Below are positions 7,310-16,980 of a stretch of 61,348 nucleotides of DNA, one piece after another; position 1 is the stretch's first letter; the number at the start of each line of letters is the position of its first letter. This DNA is from an uncultured Gammaproteobacteria bacterium (GTDB lineage Bacteria > Pseudomonadota > Gammaproteobacteria > JAGOUU01). Both the position numbers and the translations under genes were made by a program. Below the pieces are notes generated by a model, which had not been told where the DNA came from, did no database searches, and saw only the letters and a program-made list of their open reading frames with translations. Location: contig CAYLXL010000006.1 in assembly GCA_964387745.1 (NCBI GenBank), forward strand, positions 1-61,348. The letters are read 5' to 3'.

Positions 7310-8740
7310 CTATAAGCCTTTATAAGACTCCAACGCCCTATTCCTTGTTTCAGCCAGATCAACTATAGGCCTAGGATAAGTTTTACCTAACTCTACACCG
7401 GCAGCTTTCAAAACCTGTTCTGGTGCTGTCCATGGCTCAAATAAATACTTATCAGGTAAATTTTTAAGCTCAGGAACAAATTCACGAGTGTACTCACCGT
7501 CAGCATCAAATTTCTCACCCTGTGTAGTAGGATTAAAGATCCTAAAATAAGGAGCAGCGTCTACTCCGCAACCAGCCACCCATTGCCAACTCGCGCTATT
7601 ATTAGCAAGATCAGCATCAACTAAACAATCCCAAAACCAGTCTTCACCCTTGTGCCAATGGATACCTAAATTTTTTACCAAAAAAGAGGCAACAACCATT
7701 CTTACACGGTTATGCATATAACCTGTTTGCCATAGTTGGCGCATGCCAGCATCTATAAACGGATAGCCAGTTTTACCCTTTTTCCAGGCTTTCAATAAAG
7801 TCGTATTATTAGTAGTCCAGCCAAAATTATTGAATTTTTGATTAAAATTATCTTTATGCAATGTATTGAAATGATGCAATAAATAAACTGAAAATTCTCG
7901 CCAAATCAATTCACTTAAGAAATGCTCTATATCGATATTACTAGCTGTCAATTCAGCAAAACTACTGATTGAATCCAAAATTTGCGCAGGAGTAATCTCA
8001 CCAAAATGTAAATGTGGCGACAATAATGAAGTCTGTGCTTTAGCCGGATAATCTCGACCATGCTTATAACCTGATAAATGATTTTCAATAAAAAACTCAA
8101 CTTTATCATGGGCCGCATCCTCCCCTACTTCCCATAACTTTTCAATTTTTTGATGCCATGGGTGATCGGGAATTAAATTTAGATCTGTTAATTTCGTTTT
8201 ATTAGCAGTATCTTTAACACAATCCAATTTCGGAGTTTTGGCTAAGCATGCTCGGGCTTTGATAGTTTTAGCTTTGTTTTTATAAGCCGTAAAAACTTTA
8301 TAATAACTGCCATCATCTTTAAGTATATCTTTAGGAGACCATAAATAATTACTGTTAAATATTTTCCATTTTATATCAGCTTGATCACATATTTTTTTGA
8401 CTAAAAGTTCCTGATCTATATGCCAAGGCTCATAGCATTTATTCCAAAAGATTTTTTTAATTTTATGTTTTTTAATAAGTTCTGCAATGATCTTACTCGC
8501 ATTGCCAACATAAAGATTTAATTTTTTATCTAAAGTTGTATTTAGTTTTTCTAATGAATGAGATAACCATAATTTACTGACACTACCAGTTTGATAGAGC
8601 TTTGGTGCACAGTCATCGAAAATATAAATTGGTAATATTTTTCCTGCCTCTGCAGCAGAAGTAATTGCTGGGTTATCTGAAATTCTTAGATCTTGTCTGA
8701 ACCAGACTATCGAGATTTCTTTCGAGATTTCTTTTTGCAT
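7310..8740 (-). CDS. phrB: Deoxyribodipyrimidine photolyase (class I CPD photolyase/cryptochrome family)
   Basis: Motifs WREF, TGYPFIDAGMRQLWQTGYMHNRVRMVVASFL and WQWVAG. Confidence 0.9.
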   Translation of the reverse strand: MQKEISKEISIVWFRQDLRISDNPAITSAAEAGKILPIYIFDDCAPKLYQTGSVSKLWLSHSLEKLNTTLDKKLNLYVGNASKIIAELIKKHKIKKIFWNKCYEPWHIDQELLVKKICDQADIKWKIFNSNYLWSPKDILKDDGSYYKVFTAYKNKAKTIKARACLAKTPKLDCVKDTANKTKLTDLNLIPDHPWHQKIEKLWEVGEDAAHDKVEFFIENHLSGYKHGRDYPAKAQTSLLSPHLHFGEITPAQILDSISSFAELTASNIDIEHFLSELIWREFSVYLLHHFNTLHKDNFNQKFNNFGWTTNNTTLLKAWKKGKTGYPFIDAGMRQLWQTGYMHNRVRMVVASFLVKNLGIHWHKGEDWFWDCLVDADLANNSASWQWVAGCGVDAAPYFRIFNPTTQGEKFDADGEYTREFVPELKNLPDKYLFEPWTAPEQVLKAAGVELGKTYPRPIVDLAETRNRALESYKGL

Positions 8741-8772
8741 AACAAAACCTAATAAAACTATATTAACCTACA

Positions 8773-9471
8773 TTAATCCAACAGATAAGTTACGCTTGTT
8801 ACTATTCGAACAGTTTTGTTAACTGATGCTTCGCCACTTGGTCCTGCATCCTGAATACTAACCTGGCCTTGCGAAGCAGATTTAATTTTCCCTAAAGTAT
8901 TATTAGAATTTTGGGCAAAGCTTAAAGCAGTTTTTTTTGCATTAGCTGTAGCTTCATCTAAGATTTCAGACTTAATATCATTAAGCTTGGTATATTCATA
9001 AGTAATATAAGAACTGCTGACTACGAGACCTACTTCTATTAGTTCAAGTGTTTGTTGTGCCGCCTGTTTAATTTTATCTATTTTATTCGTGGTTACAATA
9101 ACCCCTGAGTCTGCTATATAACGTTTACTTTGTGCATTCGTACTGGCATAAGCATTACTTTGATTATCAGTAACTACAGCAGGCGGCAACTCTAACTCAT
9201 CTAAAGTAAAGCCTTTACTCAACATAAATTTTTTAATTTTGTCTTGCGAGCTTAATATAGAAGCATACAGATCTGCTAAGTTATCACTATTATTAGTGTA
9301 TCTTAGATTCCAAATAGCTTTATCAGATTTAACATCACGTTCTGCAAGGCCTTTAACTGCAACCGTGCGCTCATTATATTTAAATTTAATAATCCCGTTA
9401 CCAATAAAATAACCGCTGATAATTAATCCTAAGGATAAGACTACCGATGCTACTAAATTCTCTGATTTCAT
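8773..9471 (-). CDS. SIMPL/DUF541 domain protein (YggE-like), with an N-terminal membrane anchor
   Basis: Length, N-terminal TM segment, VAVKGLAERDV start and C-terminal beta-rich tail resemble SIMPL proteins. By-eye call. Confidence 0.55.
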   Translation of the reverse strand: MKSENLVASVVLSLGLIISGYFIGNGIIKFKYNERTVAVKGLAERDVKSDKAIWNLRYTNNSDNLADLYASILSSQDKIKKFMLSKGFTLDELELPPAVVTDNQSNAYASTNAQSKRYIADSGVIVTTNKIDKIKQAAQQTLELIEVGLVVSSSYITYEYTKLNDIKSEILDEATANAKKTALSFAQNSNNTLGKIKSASQGQVSIQDAGPSGEASVNKTVRIVTSVTYLLD

Positions 9472-9555
9472 ATAATTTTCTCAGTTTATGGTTACTTGAA
9501 TTTGTTCAAGATAACCCTATATATTAAGTAAATATTATATGAGGAATATATAAAT

Positions 9556-10404
9556 ATGAATAGTATTAAAACAACTTTATTATTAACCAGTCTGACTTTA
9601 TTATTACTATTTATTGGTAAAGTTTTGGGCGGCAGCAACGGCATGGTGATGGCTCTTGTATTTGCCGCCATCATGAATATTGGTGCTTATTGGTTCTCAG
9701 ATTCTATTGTACTGCGCATGTACAATGCCCAGCAAATTGGCCCCCGTGATCACCAGCTCTATTCTATAGTAGAAGACTTAGCTGCGCGTGCGAGAATTCC
9801 AATGCCGAAAGTTTATATTATTAATGACCAAGCTCCCAATGCTTTTGCGACAGGCCGAAATCCTGAACACGCTGCCGTTGCAGCTACAACCGGTATTCTG
9901 CAATTATTAACTAGAGACGAATTAACTGGCGTCATGGCTCACGAGTTAACGCATGTGACCAATCGCGACACTTTAATCAGCGCTATTGCTGCTACTATAG
10001 GTGGTGCTATCGGCATGTTGGCTAATATGGCACAGTACGCTGCGATGTTTGGTGGTCATAGAAACCAAGACGGCGAAAATAATGGCAGTATTATTGGCAG
10101 TATCTTAATGATGATCTTAGCTCCAATTGCTGCCAGCTTGATTCAAATGGCTGTATCAAGATCACGAGAATACTTAGCTGATGAAGGCGGTGCTAGACTT
10201 TGTGGTGATCCATTATCATTAGCTCGTGCTTTAGAAAAATTAGAGAGTTTAAATCAACGGGTATTAATGCCGGTTGCCGAACATAATCCTGCCACCGCTC
10301 ATATGTTTATTATAAACCCGCTAAAGAGTAACTGGCGCGGATTGTTTTCTACCCACCCTTTGACTTCAGAACGGGTAAAAAGATTGAAGGAAATGAGATT
10401 TTAA
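9556..10404 (+). CDS. htpX: Zinc metalloprotease HtpX (M48 family)
   Basis: HELTHV zinc motif, downstream EYLADEGGA, four TM segments. Confidence 0.9.
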   Translation: MNSIKTTLLLTSLTLLLLFIGKVLGGSNGMVMALVFAAIMNIGAYWFSDSIVLRMYNAQQIGPRDHQLYSIVEDLAARARIPMPKVYIINDQAPNAFATGRNPEHAAVAATTGILQLLTRDELTGVMAHELTHVTNRDTLISAIAATIGGAIGMLANMAQYAAMFGGHRNQDGENNGSIIGSILMMILAPIAASLIQMAVSRSREYLADEGGARLCGDPLSLARALEKLESLNQRVLMPVAEHNPATAHMFIINPLKSNWRGLFSTHPLTSERVKRLKEMRF

Positions 10405-10438
10405 AATAAAAAAGGCCGGTTAACCGGCCTTTTTTTAT
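10405..10438. terminator. Bidirectional rho-independent terminator (aaaaaaggccggttaaccggccttttttt)
   Basis: Perfect GC-rich palindrome flanked by an A-run and a T-run, between convergent genes. Confidence 0.85.
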
Positions 10439-10471
10439 TAACTTTAGTATTTATGCGGATCAGCATGGTTC

Positions 10472-11053
10472 CTATTTAGAATGGCAGCTGTCTTTAGCGC
10501 AGCAAAAACCAACATGCACACCATAAGCTAAACCCATACCGATTGCAGCTTCTAAAATTCTACCGATGGCGCCAGCCCATAGAGCTACATCTAATCTTAG
10601 ATAATAAGAAACCACTAATACCGCTAAAGATATAAGCGCTAATTCTTGATATTTTTGCCAATGGAAATACCCGCATAACCATGCAACTAACAATACCGCT
10701 AGCAATAAACCAAAATAATTTACGCCGAAAACAGATAATACAATAAACGCTGCACCTACGCCTAAAGCTACTGCGATTAAGCGTGATTGTAATAATCCGA
10801 TAAATCTCACATCTGAGTTTTCTTTGTGCGCAATTAAAGCAGTTATAATAACCCAAAAGCCAGAAAACTCCGCATTACCCCAACCTATTAAAGTACTAAG
10901 TAGGCGACCTGCAGCAAAACATAAAAACACCAAAATACTTAACTCGATTGCACGAGTAAGTTGCCATTTATCACAAAAACCCCAACCTGCCTTCATATAT
11001 TTACAACCTTGGTTGGCTAGGTCTTTTTTATTCATATCCATTATGAACTCCAT
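10472..11053 (-). CDS. Integral membrane protein, possibly FUSC/ArAE-like
   Basis: Five to six hydrophobic helices. The family assignment is tentative. Confidence 0.45.
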   Translation of the reverse strand: MEFIMDMNKKDLANQGCKYMKAGWGFCDKWQLTRAIELSILVFLCFAAGRLLSTLIGWGNAEFSGFWVIITALIAHKENSDVRFIGLLQSRLIAVALGVGAAFIVLSVFGVNYFGLLLAVLLVAWLCGYFHWQKYQELALISLAVLVVSYYLRLDVALWAGAIGRILEAAIGMGLAYGVHVGFCCAKDSCHSK

Positions 11054-11274
11054 TATTCAATATTAAATAAACTTACTGATAGTAATATAGCCTATATACC
11101 CTATCTATAAATTAGCTATATGAGAAATAATAGCGATATTTTTTTGATTCTGCTATAAATTTGAAAAAAATCATGGTAATAATACTAATTATAGGCAAAG
11201 TAATGCATTCTTATTTGTTTTTAGTTTGTTAGTTTATTTGTTTAATCACTGGGTAATTATAAAGGGACTTAACT

Positions 11275-11472
11275 ATGTCAAAAAACTCGTTAGAGCGTAC
11301 AGAAGATAGATTTGTAGAAGCTGTGAAAATTAAGAATGATTATATAGAAAGCTTGAAAGATCAGATTCAAATGCTTCAAGACCAAGTTAAATCGCATCAG
11401 GCGCAACACGAAGCGACTCAAAATAGATTAATGTCAATGTTGGAACAGTCTCAGAGATTATTGGAATCATAA
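11275..11472 (+). CDS. Small hypothetical coiled-coil protein (65 aa)
   Basis: ATG preceded by AAGGGA. Heptad-like, Q/E-rich sequence. No recognisable family. Confidence 0.3.
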   Translation: MSKNSLERTEDRFVEAVKIKNDYIESLKDQIQMLQDQVKSHQAQHEATQNRLMSMLEQSQRLLES

Positions 11473-11494
11473 AAGAGATCGTACGAAATCGAAA

Positions 11495-11550
11495 TCGACC
11501 CCTTCGACTTCGCTACGCACAGCCACTTCCCCGAAAGGGGAAGATACGGC
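11495..11550. repeat. GC-rich element downstream of ndk, containing the hairpin cttcccc-gaaa-ggggaag and the ttcgacttcgctacgca motif
   Basis: Shares cttcgctacgc with the reverse complement of 28809..28843, and tcgact(t)cgct with 12069..12085. Confidence 0.5.
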
Positions 11551-11560
11551 TGAGTGATTC

Positions 11561-11998
11561 TTATCCTCTAGTTCTTGATAAAACTTCTTCAGGTTTAAAA
11601 AAGAATGCTATTTCATTTTTAGCAGTTTCAGCTGCATCTGATCCATGAACTGCGTTTTCACCAACACTGTCAGCAAATAATGCTCTGATAGTTCCAGCAG
11701 CAGCATCTTTAGGATTAGTTGCACCCATAATGTCTCTGTGTTTAGCAACAGCATCAACGCCTTCTAGGCAGGTAACCATAACAGGGCCAGAAGTCATGAA
11801 ATCAACTAGTTCGCCATAGAATGGACGAGCTTTATGTACTTCATAAAAAGCACCAGCTTGTTCTTTAGTTAAATGCATCATTTTAGCAGCTACAATTTTA
11901 AGACCTGATTCTTCGAATTTGCTGTAAATTTTGCCAATAACATTTTTACCAACTGCATCTGGTTTAATGATTGATAATGTTCTTTCTGTATTAGTCAT
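11561..11998 (-). CDS. ndk: Nucleoside diphosphate kinase
   Basis: [12 protein letters not shown], the NAVHGSD active-site His region, 145 aa. Confidence 0.95.
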   Translation of the reverse strand: MTNTERTLSIIKPDAVGKNVIGKIYSKFEESGLKIVAAKMMHLTKEQAGAFYEVHKARPFYGELVDFMTSGPVMVTCLEGVDAVAKHRDIMGATNPKDAAAGTIRALFADSVGENAVHGSDAAETAKNEIAFFFKPEEVLSRTRG

Positions 11999-12038
11999 GA
12001 TTAAAGTACTCCTAATTAAATGATTAACCCTTCGCCTT

Positions 12039-12131
12039 TCAATCTGCAGCGTTGTTGCTCACTCGACTCGCTGCTCATGTACTAATGTACATTGCGCGGC
12101 TCGCCTTCATGTGCGCCTAGCTGCAAATTGA
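12039..12131. repeat. About 93-bp GC-rich imperfect palindromic element. Ends tcaatctgcagc / gctgcaaattga, central atgtac-taat-gtacat.
   Basis: Read directly. It is a GC-rich island in an AT-rich intergenic region between iscA and ndk. Confidence 0.6.
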
Positions 12132-12161
12132 AATCCTATGGGTAGATTTTCTATGAACTCT

Positions 12162-12548
12162 TTATTTAAACTTTTTATCTGTGTTGATGGTGAAACTTTC
12201 ACCACAACCACACTCTGCTGTCATGTTAGGGTTATTAAAAACCATTACGCTAGCAATATTTTTTTTAACGTAATCGATTTCGGTACCCGCAACAAACTCG
12301 TAACTTTTATTGTCAACATAGATAGAGATATCTTTACTTTGAAAAATATGATCTTCTTTTGATAATTGCTCCGCTGCTTTAACAAAGTCGACTACATAAG
12401 CATAACCAGAACAACCTGTTTTTTTAATACCTAGTCGTAAGCCAATAACACGATTGATTTCATCGTTTTTATCATTTAATTTTTTTACTTCCGTTTTAAT
12501 ATGCAAAGCTGCATTATCAGTCAAAGTAATTGGTCTATTGTTTGCCAT
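12162..12548 (-). CDS. iscA: Iron-sulfur cluster insertion protein, IscA/HesB family
   Basis: Conserved Cys in KKTGCSGY plus the C-terminal CGCGESF motif. Confidence 0.85.
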   Translation of the reverse strand: MANNRPITLTDNAALHIKTEVKKLNDKNDEINRVIGLRLGIKKTGCSGYAYVVDFVKAAEQLSKEDHIFQSKDISIYVDNKSYEFVAGTEIDYVKKNIASVMVFNNPNMTAECGCGESFTINTDKKFK

Positions 12549-12939
12549 GGATTTGCTTATACTGGATTAAAATATTTTCTAAGGCTTCTTTAAGTAATTT
12601 TATTTGGTTATTCTTAGCAACGGGAATTGTTAAACTTGTCGTTACTTTAGTTAAGCTATAATTAGTAGCTCGGCTTATTTTCATCCCCGGCAACTCTTCA
12701 GACATAAGCCCAAGTGCTGCAATGATATAGCCATCACCATAAACTAAATACTTAACACGCGTAATTATATCACTCTTTATTTCTATATATAATTTTATTT
12801 TTACCCCTAGTTCGATGTCACCTACTTGGGCCATGAATACTGAGTTATTATCAACGTTCAAAGCCCCTGAATTGGGTAAAACGCGTAAATAATTCATGAT
12901 AGGTTCTGGATAAAAACTGCTTTGGTTTTGTTGCTGCAT
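12535..12939 (-). CDS. IscU-like protein lacking all canonical cluster ligands (degenerate scaffold)
   Basis: Aligns by eye along its length with IscU: GDIELGV vs GAPACGD, YGDGYIIAA vs YGCGSAIAS, NNQIKLL vs IHCSIL. Sits in the iscU position between iscS and iscA. The start is uncertain (ATG 12939 or 12897; the ORF opens at GTG 12969). Confidence 0.65.
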   Translation of the reverse strand: MQQQNQSSFYPEPIMNYLRVLPNSGALNVDNNSVFMAQVGDIELGVKIKLYIEIKSDIITRVKYLVYGDGYIIAALGLMSEELPGMKISRATNYSLTKVTTSLTIPVAKNNQIKLLKEALENILIQYKQIHGKQ

Positions 12940-13015
12940 GACTACAATTACTACATTATTACAGTTCACCTGATAGTAAATTAGTCTACAATTATATATG
13001 CTTTAAAGTTATAAT

Positions 13016-14215
13016 TCAAATGCTTTCGGGATCAAGCCCCCTCAGTTTGCTAATAACTTCAACAAGATGCGCGATGGTTATATCTATATCTTGATCTGTC
13101 GTGTATCTACCCAAACTGATTCGAAGAGAACTTTGCGCCTGGCGCTCACTTAAGCCCATGGCTCTTAACACATAAGAGCCCGCAGAGACTGCGCTGCTAC
13201 AGGCAGAACCAGAAGAAACCGCAATTCTATCGAGTGAGGCGATTAGCGCCTCACCATGGATGTCGCTCACGCATAAATTGATATGCCCTACTTTTTTATG
13301 CTGCTGACAGCCATTAAAATTAATTCCAACCAGTGATCTAAGACTAGTAACTAATTTATGCTCCAAGCTTTTTAGCCGAGAAGCTTCTTCTTCCATCTCT
13401 TCAACAGAATATTTAAGTGCATAGGCCAAACCAACAATTTGGTGGGTAGCTAAGGTACCAGAGCGCCAGCCGAATTCATGCCCACCGCCATGCATTTGCG
13501 CCATAAGATTTACTTTCGGATTACGGCGAATATATAGCGCTCCTATCCCCTTGGGTCCATACATTTTATGACCCGAAATTGATAACAAATCTATATTTAA
13601 CTTGTTTAAATCCATTGGAATTTTACCGACACTTTGTGCTGCATCAACATGAAATAGTATCTTAGACTCAGTTGCAAGTTTACCAATATTTTCTATATCT
13701 TGAATAACACCTGTCTCATTATTAACATGCATTAATGATATTAAAATAGTATCCGGCCTAATAACTGCCCTTATTGCCTCAATACTAATCAACCCTTTAT
13801 TATCGGGTTTTAAATAATCAACATCATAACCAACTGACTCTAAATAACGGCAAGTATCCAAAACTGCTTTATGTTCTGTACTACTAGTTATAATATGCTT
13901 GCCTTTATTTTGATAACCGCCTGCAACTCCTAATATTGCTAGATTATCAGACTCAGTTGCACCCGATGTAAAAATAATTTCTTTGCGTGTTACCCCAAGC
14001 AGATCAGCAATAAGAGCTCGTGACTCTTCGACTGCTTCTTTAGCCTGCCAACCATAAAGATGAGTGCTTGAAGCTGGGTTACCAAATATTCCATGTTTAT
14101 CGATGCCGTACATATACGGCAACATCTTTTCTAGTACTCGGCTATCTATGGGTGTGCTTGCGGCATAGTCTAAATAAACAGGTTTAATATTATTACCCAT
14201 AGTCATTGCAGTCAT
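13016..14215 (-). CDS. iscS: Cysteine desulfurase, IscS/NifS type
   Basis: PLP-lysine motif SGHKMYGPKGIGALY. Active-site loop SSGSACSS. Confidence 0.93.
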   Translation of the reverse strand: MTAMTMGNNIKPVYLDYAASTPIDSRVLEKMLPYMYGIDKHGIFGNPASSTHLYGWQAKEAVEESRALIADLLGVTRKEIIFTSGATESDNLAILGVAGGYQNKGKHIITSSTEHKAVLDTCRYLESVGYDVDYLKPDNKGLISIEAIRAVIRPDTILISLMHVNNETGVIQDIENIGKLATESKILFHVDAAQSVGKIPMDLNKLNIDLLSISGHKMYGPKGIGALYIRRNPKVNLMAQMHGGGHEFGWRSGTLATHQIVGLAYALKYSVEEMEEEASRLKSLEHKLVTSLRSLVGINFNGCQQHKKVGHINLCVSDIHGEALIASLDRIAVSSGSACSSAVSAGSYVLRAMGLSERQAQSSLRISLGRYTTDQDIDITIAHLVEVISKLRGLDPESI

Positions 14216-14235
14216 TAGATGTTCTCCCTAACATA

Positions 14236-15036
14236 CTAATCGTGATTAAGATTTTTTTGATCACATACTCGTTCACAGGCAGCTAATATACCACGCATGA
14301 TGTTCAATTCTTGAGTACAAGGCTGCGCTCGATTGTATAATCTTCGTAAACGTCGCATTAATAATTTTGGTTGTTTTGGATCTAAAAAATTGGTTTTTAG
14401 CATTAATCTTTCCAGATGCTCATAAAACAACTCCATTTCATAAGCATCAGCTAAAACAACATTGTCTCTTTTATTATTAAATTTATTATTAAGTTTATTA
14501 TTTAAGTCTAATTTAAAACTCTCTTGCACACAATCAAGTGCTGCTAAATTCAATTCATAACAGATCAACTGCACAGCACTTGCTATGTTAAGTGAGCTAT
14601 ATTCTTTATTAGTAGGAATTAAGATTTGCGCATGACATATGGATAACTCTTCATTGGTCAAGCCCATACGCTCTTGGCCAAAGATAACCCCAACTTTGCT
14701 ATTGTTCACAGCATAATCATTGATAGCGATGTTTGCAGCTTTTCTTGGATCAATGACTGGACTTGAAAGAGATCGCGACCGTGCGCTCGTTCCTAATAAA
14801 TACTGACAGCCATTTATAGCCTCTTTAAGAGTAGAAACAATAACTATATTGTTTAATATATCATCCGCACCGCAGGCGCGGGCAATAGCATACTCATTTA
14901 TTATATTACTGTCTTGAGAAACCAGATATAATTCGGTCACTCCCATGGTTTTCATGGCACGAGCAGCTGAGCCTATATTGCCAGGTTCAGTAGTATTAAC
15001 TAAGATGATGCGACAATTGTTCAAATAATTATTCAT
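14236..15036 (-). CDS. trmJ: tRNA (cytidine/uridine-2'-O)-methyltransferase, SpoU/TrmH family (TrmJ-like)
   Basis: SpoU motifs NIGSAARAM, FGQERMGL and LNIASAV. Sits upstream of iscS as in enterobacteria. Carries an N/K-rich low-complexity insert (LNNKLNNKFNNK). Confidence 0.8.
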   Translation of the reverse strand: MNNYLNNCRIILVNTTEPGNIGSAARAMKTMGVTELYLVSQDSNIINEYAIARACGADDILNNIVIVSTLKEAINGCQYLLGTSARSRSLSSPVIDPRKAANIAINDYAVNNSKVGVIFGQERMGLTNEELSICHAQILIPTNKEYSSLNIASAVQLICYELNLAALDCVQESFKLDLNNKLNNKFNNKRDNVVLADAYEMELFYEHLERLMLKTNFLDPKQPKLLMRRLRRLYNRAQPCTQELNIMRGILAACERVCDQKNLNHD

Positions 15037-15047
15037 TGCAGTCTATT

Positions 15048-15704
15048 ATGATCGTCATTAAAAATTTATACAAAACTTATGATTTAAATAATACTAATGT
15101 GTTAGATAATATAAATCTAGAAATTAATGCTAATTCTTTTGTAGCCCTTTTAGGGCGCTCTGGTTCTGGCAAAACCACACTTATGAACATCATCGGTTGC
15201 TTAGATAAAGCCAGTAGTGGTGACTATTATTTAGATGGTCAAGATACTCAAAACTGTAGTATAAATGAACTTGCCGTACTACGGAATCGTTATATAGGCT
15301 TTGTCTTTCAACAATTTTATTTACTGCCGCAACTCAATGCACAAGAGAATGTCGCCTTGCCTCTATTTTATCGTGGCGTTGATCAAAACACGAGAATGCA
15401 GGATGCTGCCAGTATTCTTAGTAAACTAGGACTTGGTGAACGGCTTACTCATCGACCAAGTGAATTGTCAGGAGGTCAACAGCAACGGGTTGCTATTGCA
15501 CGTGCACTAGTTACAGATCCTAAAATTATACTAGCTGATGAACCTACAGGTAATTTAGACAGTGCAACCGGTGAGTATATTATGTCTATTTTTGACGAAT
15601 TACATCAACTTGGCAAAACGATTATTTTAATTACCCATGATCAATCTATTGCTACCCTCGCCCAACAACAGATTAATCTTATTGATGGGCGCATAGCACA
15701 ATAA
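15048..15704 (+). CDS. ABC transporter ATP-binding protein (MacB/LolD-type ATPase domain only)
   Basis: Walker A GRSGSGKT, signature LSGGQQQR, Walker B ILADEPT, H-loop ITHD. The start is placed at ATG 15048; the ORF track opens at TTG 15036. Confidence 0.9.
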   Translation: MIVIKNLYKTYDLNNTNVLDNINLEINANSFVALLGRSGSGKTTLMNIIGCLDKASSGDYYLDGQDTQNCSINELAVLRNRYIGFVFQQFYLLPQLNAQENVALPLFYRGVDQNTRMQDAASILSKLGLGERLTHRPSELSGGQQQRVAIARALVTDPKIILADEPTGNLDSATGEYIMSIFDELHQLGKTIILITHDQSIATLAQQQINLIDGRIAQ

Positions 15705-15722
15705 CTATATCAATATAGAGTA

Positions 15723-16850
15723 TCAAGCTACCTCTAATCTTTTTCTCTCTCTTATTTTTAAAACAATATTCACTAAGCACAACAGCATCAGTAATGGATA
15801 CAATATATTGAGTATTGGCTCAGCAATAGACATGATCTCATCAAAGCCCAAAATAGCCATAACATACATAGTAACTAATGTCAGTAATACGCAAACTATT
15901 CTTGGGATTTTATTGGCAAAAACTGTTTCGTGAAAAAACTCAGTAGTTACTTCCGCCAATGCAGACGCGGTAGTCAAACAAGCCAAAGTCACACATACTC
16001 CCACAAACAATGCCCCATATTGCCCTAATAACAGATACGAAATCTTACCTAAAAGCCCTGCTGTGCTATACCCTTGTAATGCTTCAGCATGAGTTGCAGC
16101 GACAAAAATAAAACCCGTGTAAATCAAACTAATTAAAATAGCGCCAATAACACATGCATATAAAGTCATGCGCATAATTTCTTTGTGCGAGCTCAAACCA
16201 TGTGTTTCACACTTATGTTGAATATTTCTATAGGCTACTGTACAAAAAAATAGTGAGGCTAATAGATCCATCGTACTATAGCCTTTAGTAAAAGCATTGC
16301 TAAATATATCTTTCGCAGGCGTATCAACAAAAGTAATCGGATTAGCATAATATAAACCTAATACGATTAGCATGGTAAATGTAAAAATTTTTACCGGCGA
16401 CAAAATGCAACCAATGATATCAACCACTCGAGACTCTTTGGAAATTACCAAGTAAACTGCAAAGAAATATAAAAAATCAAATATATACGGATTTTGTAAA
16501 TTTTCTGGCAAACTCGCTAATAACGTATTATAGGCTACTGTCTCTGTCCTAGGTGCAGCGAACAAAGGCCCTATAATTAAAATAAGAAACGTTACAACTA
16601 TAAACGCTGGAATATTACCTAGTCGGCGGAAGAAAGCCCAATAATCTCCTTCATAAAGCGCACCGGCATACAGGCCTAAAAACGGCACCCCCACACTGTA
16701 AATAAGAAAGCCACATAATGCTAGCCACGTGTGTTGACCAGAGATACTGCCTAATTCTAAAGGGAAAATCATATTCCCGGCGCCAAAAAACATAGCAAAT
16801 AAAGCAAGCCCGGTAGGGATAATAACTTTTAGTTTATTCTGTAAATTCAT
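15723..16850 (-). CDS. brnQ: Branched-chain amino acid transport system II carrier (LIVCS family)
   Basis: N-terminal FAMFFGAGNMIFPLELG motif, about 12 TM helices. Confidence 0.8.
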   Translation of the reverse strand: MNLQNKLKVIIPTGLALFAMFFGAGNMIFPLELGSISGQHTWLALCGFLIYSVGVPFLGLYAGALYEGDYWAFFRRLGNIPAFIVVTFLILIIGPLFAAPRTETVAYNTLLASLPENLQNPYIFDFLYFFAVYLVISKESRVVDIIGCILSPVKIFTFTMLIVLGLYYANPITFVDTPAKDIFSNAFTKGYSTMDLLASLFFCTVAYRNIQHKCETHGLSSHKEIMRMTLYACVIGAILISLIYTGFIFVAATHAEALQGYSTAGLLGKISYLLLGQYGALFVGVCVTLACLTTASALAEVTTEFFHETVFANKIPRIVCVLLTLVTMYVMAILGFDEIMSIAEPILNILYPLLMLLCLVNIVLKIRERKRLEVA

Positions 16851-16980
16851 AATTCTCCAATGTATAGGAACAAAGCCAGAGGTATAGATCTATCAATATT
16901 ATTACAGGTTTGCTGCTGACACAAGACACTGCTGTGAGAAATAACTATATAAACAACTTAATTCTTAGGATAATGCTTCT

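Noticed and set aside
9492-9674. 60-aa minus-strand ORF overlapping the htpX start
   Set aside because: It overlaps the htpX 5' end and promoter region and has a low-complexity hydrophobic translation. Likely spurious.
12138-12362. 74-aa plus-strand ORF
   Set aside because: It is antisense to iscA, whose CGCGESF motif supports the minus-strand frame.
14460-14530. AT-rich quasi-repetitive DNA (ttattattaaatttattattaagtttattatt) inside trmJ
   Set aside because: It is in frame and encodes an Asn/Lys-rich low-complexity insert (LNNKLNNKFNNK). It is consistent with AT-bias slippage rather than a separate element.
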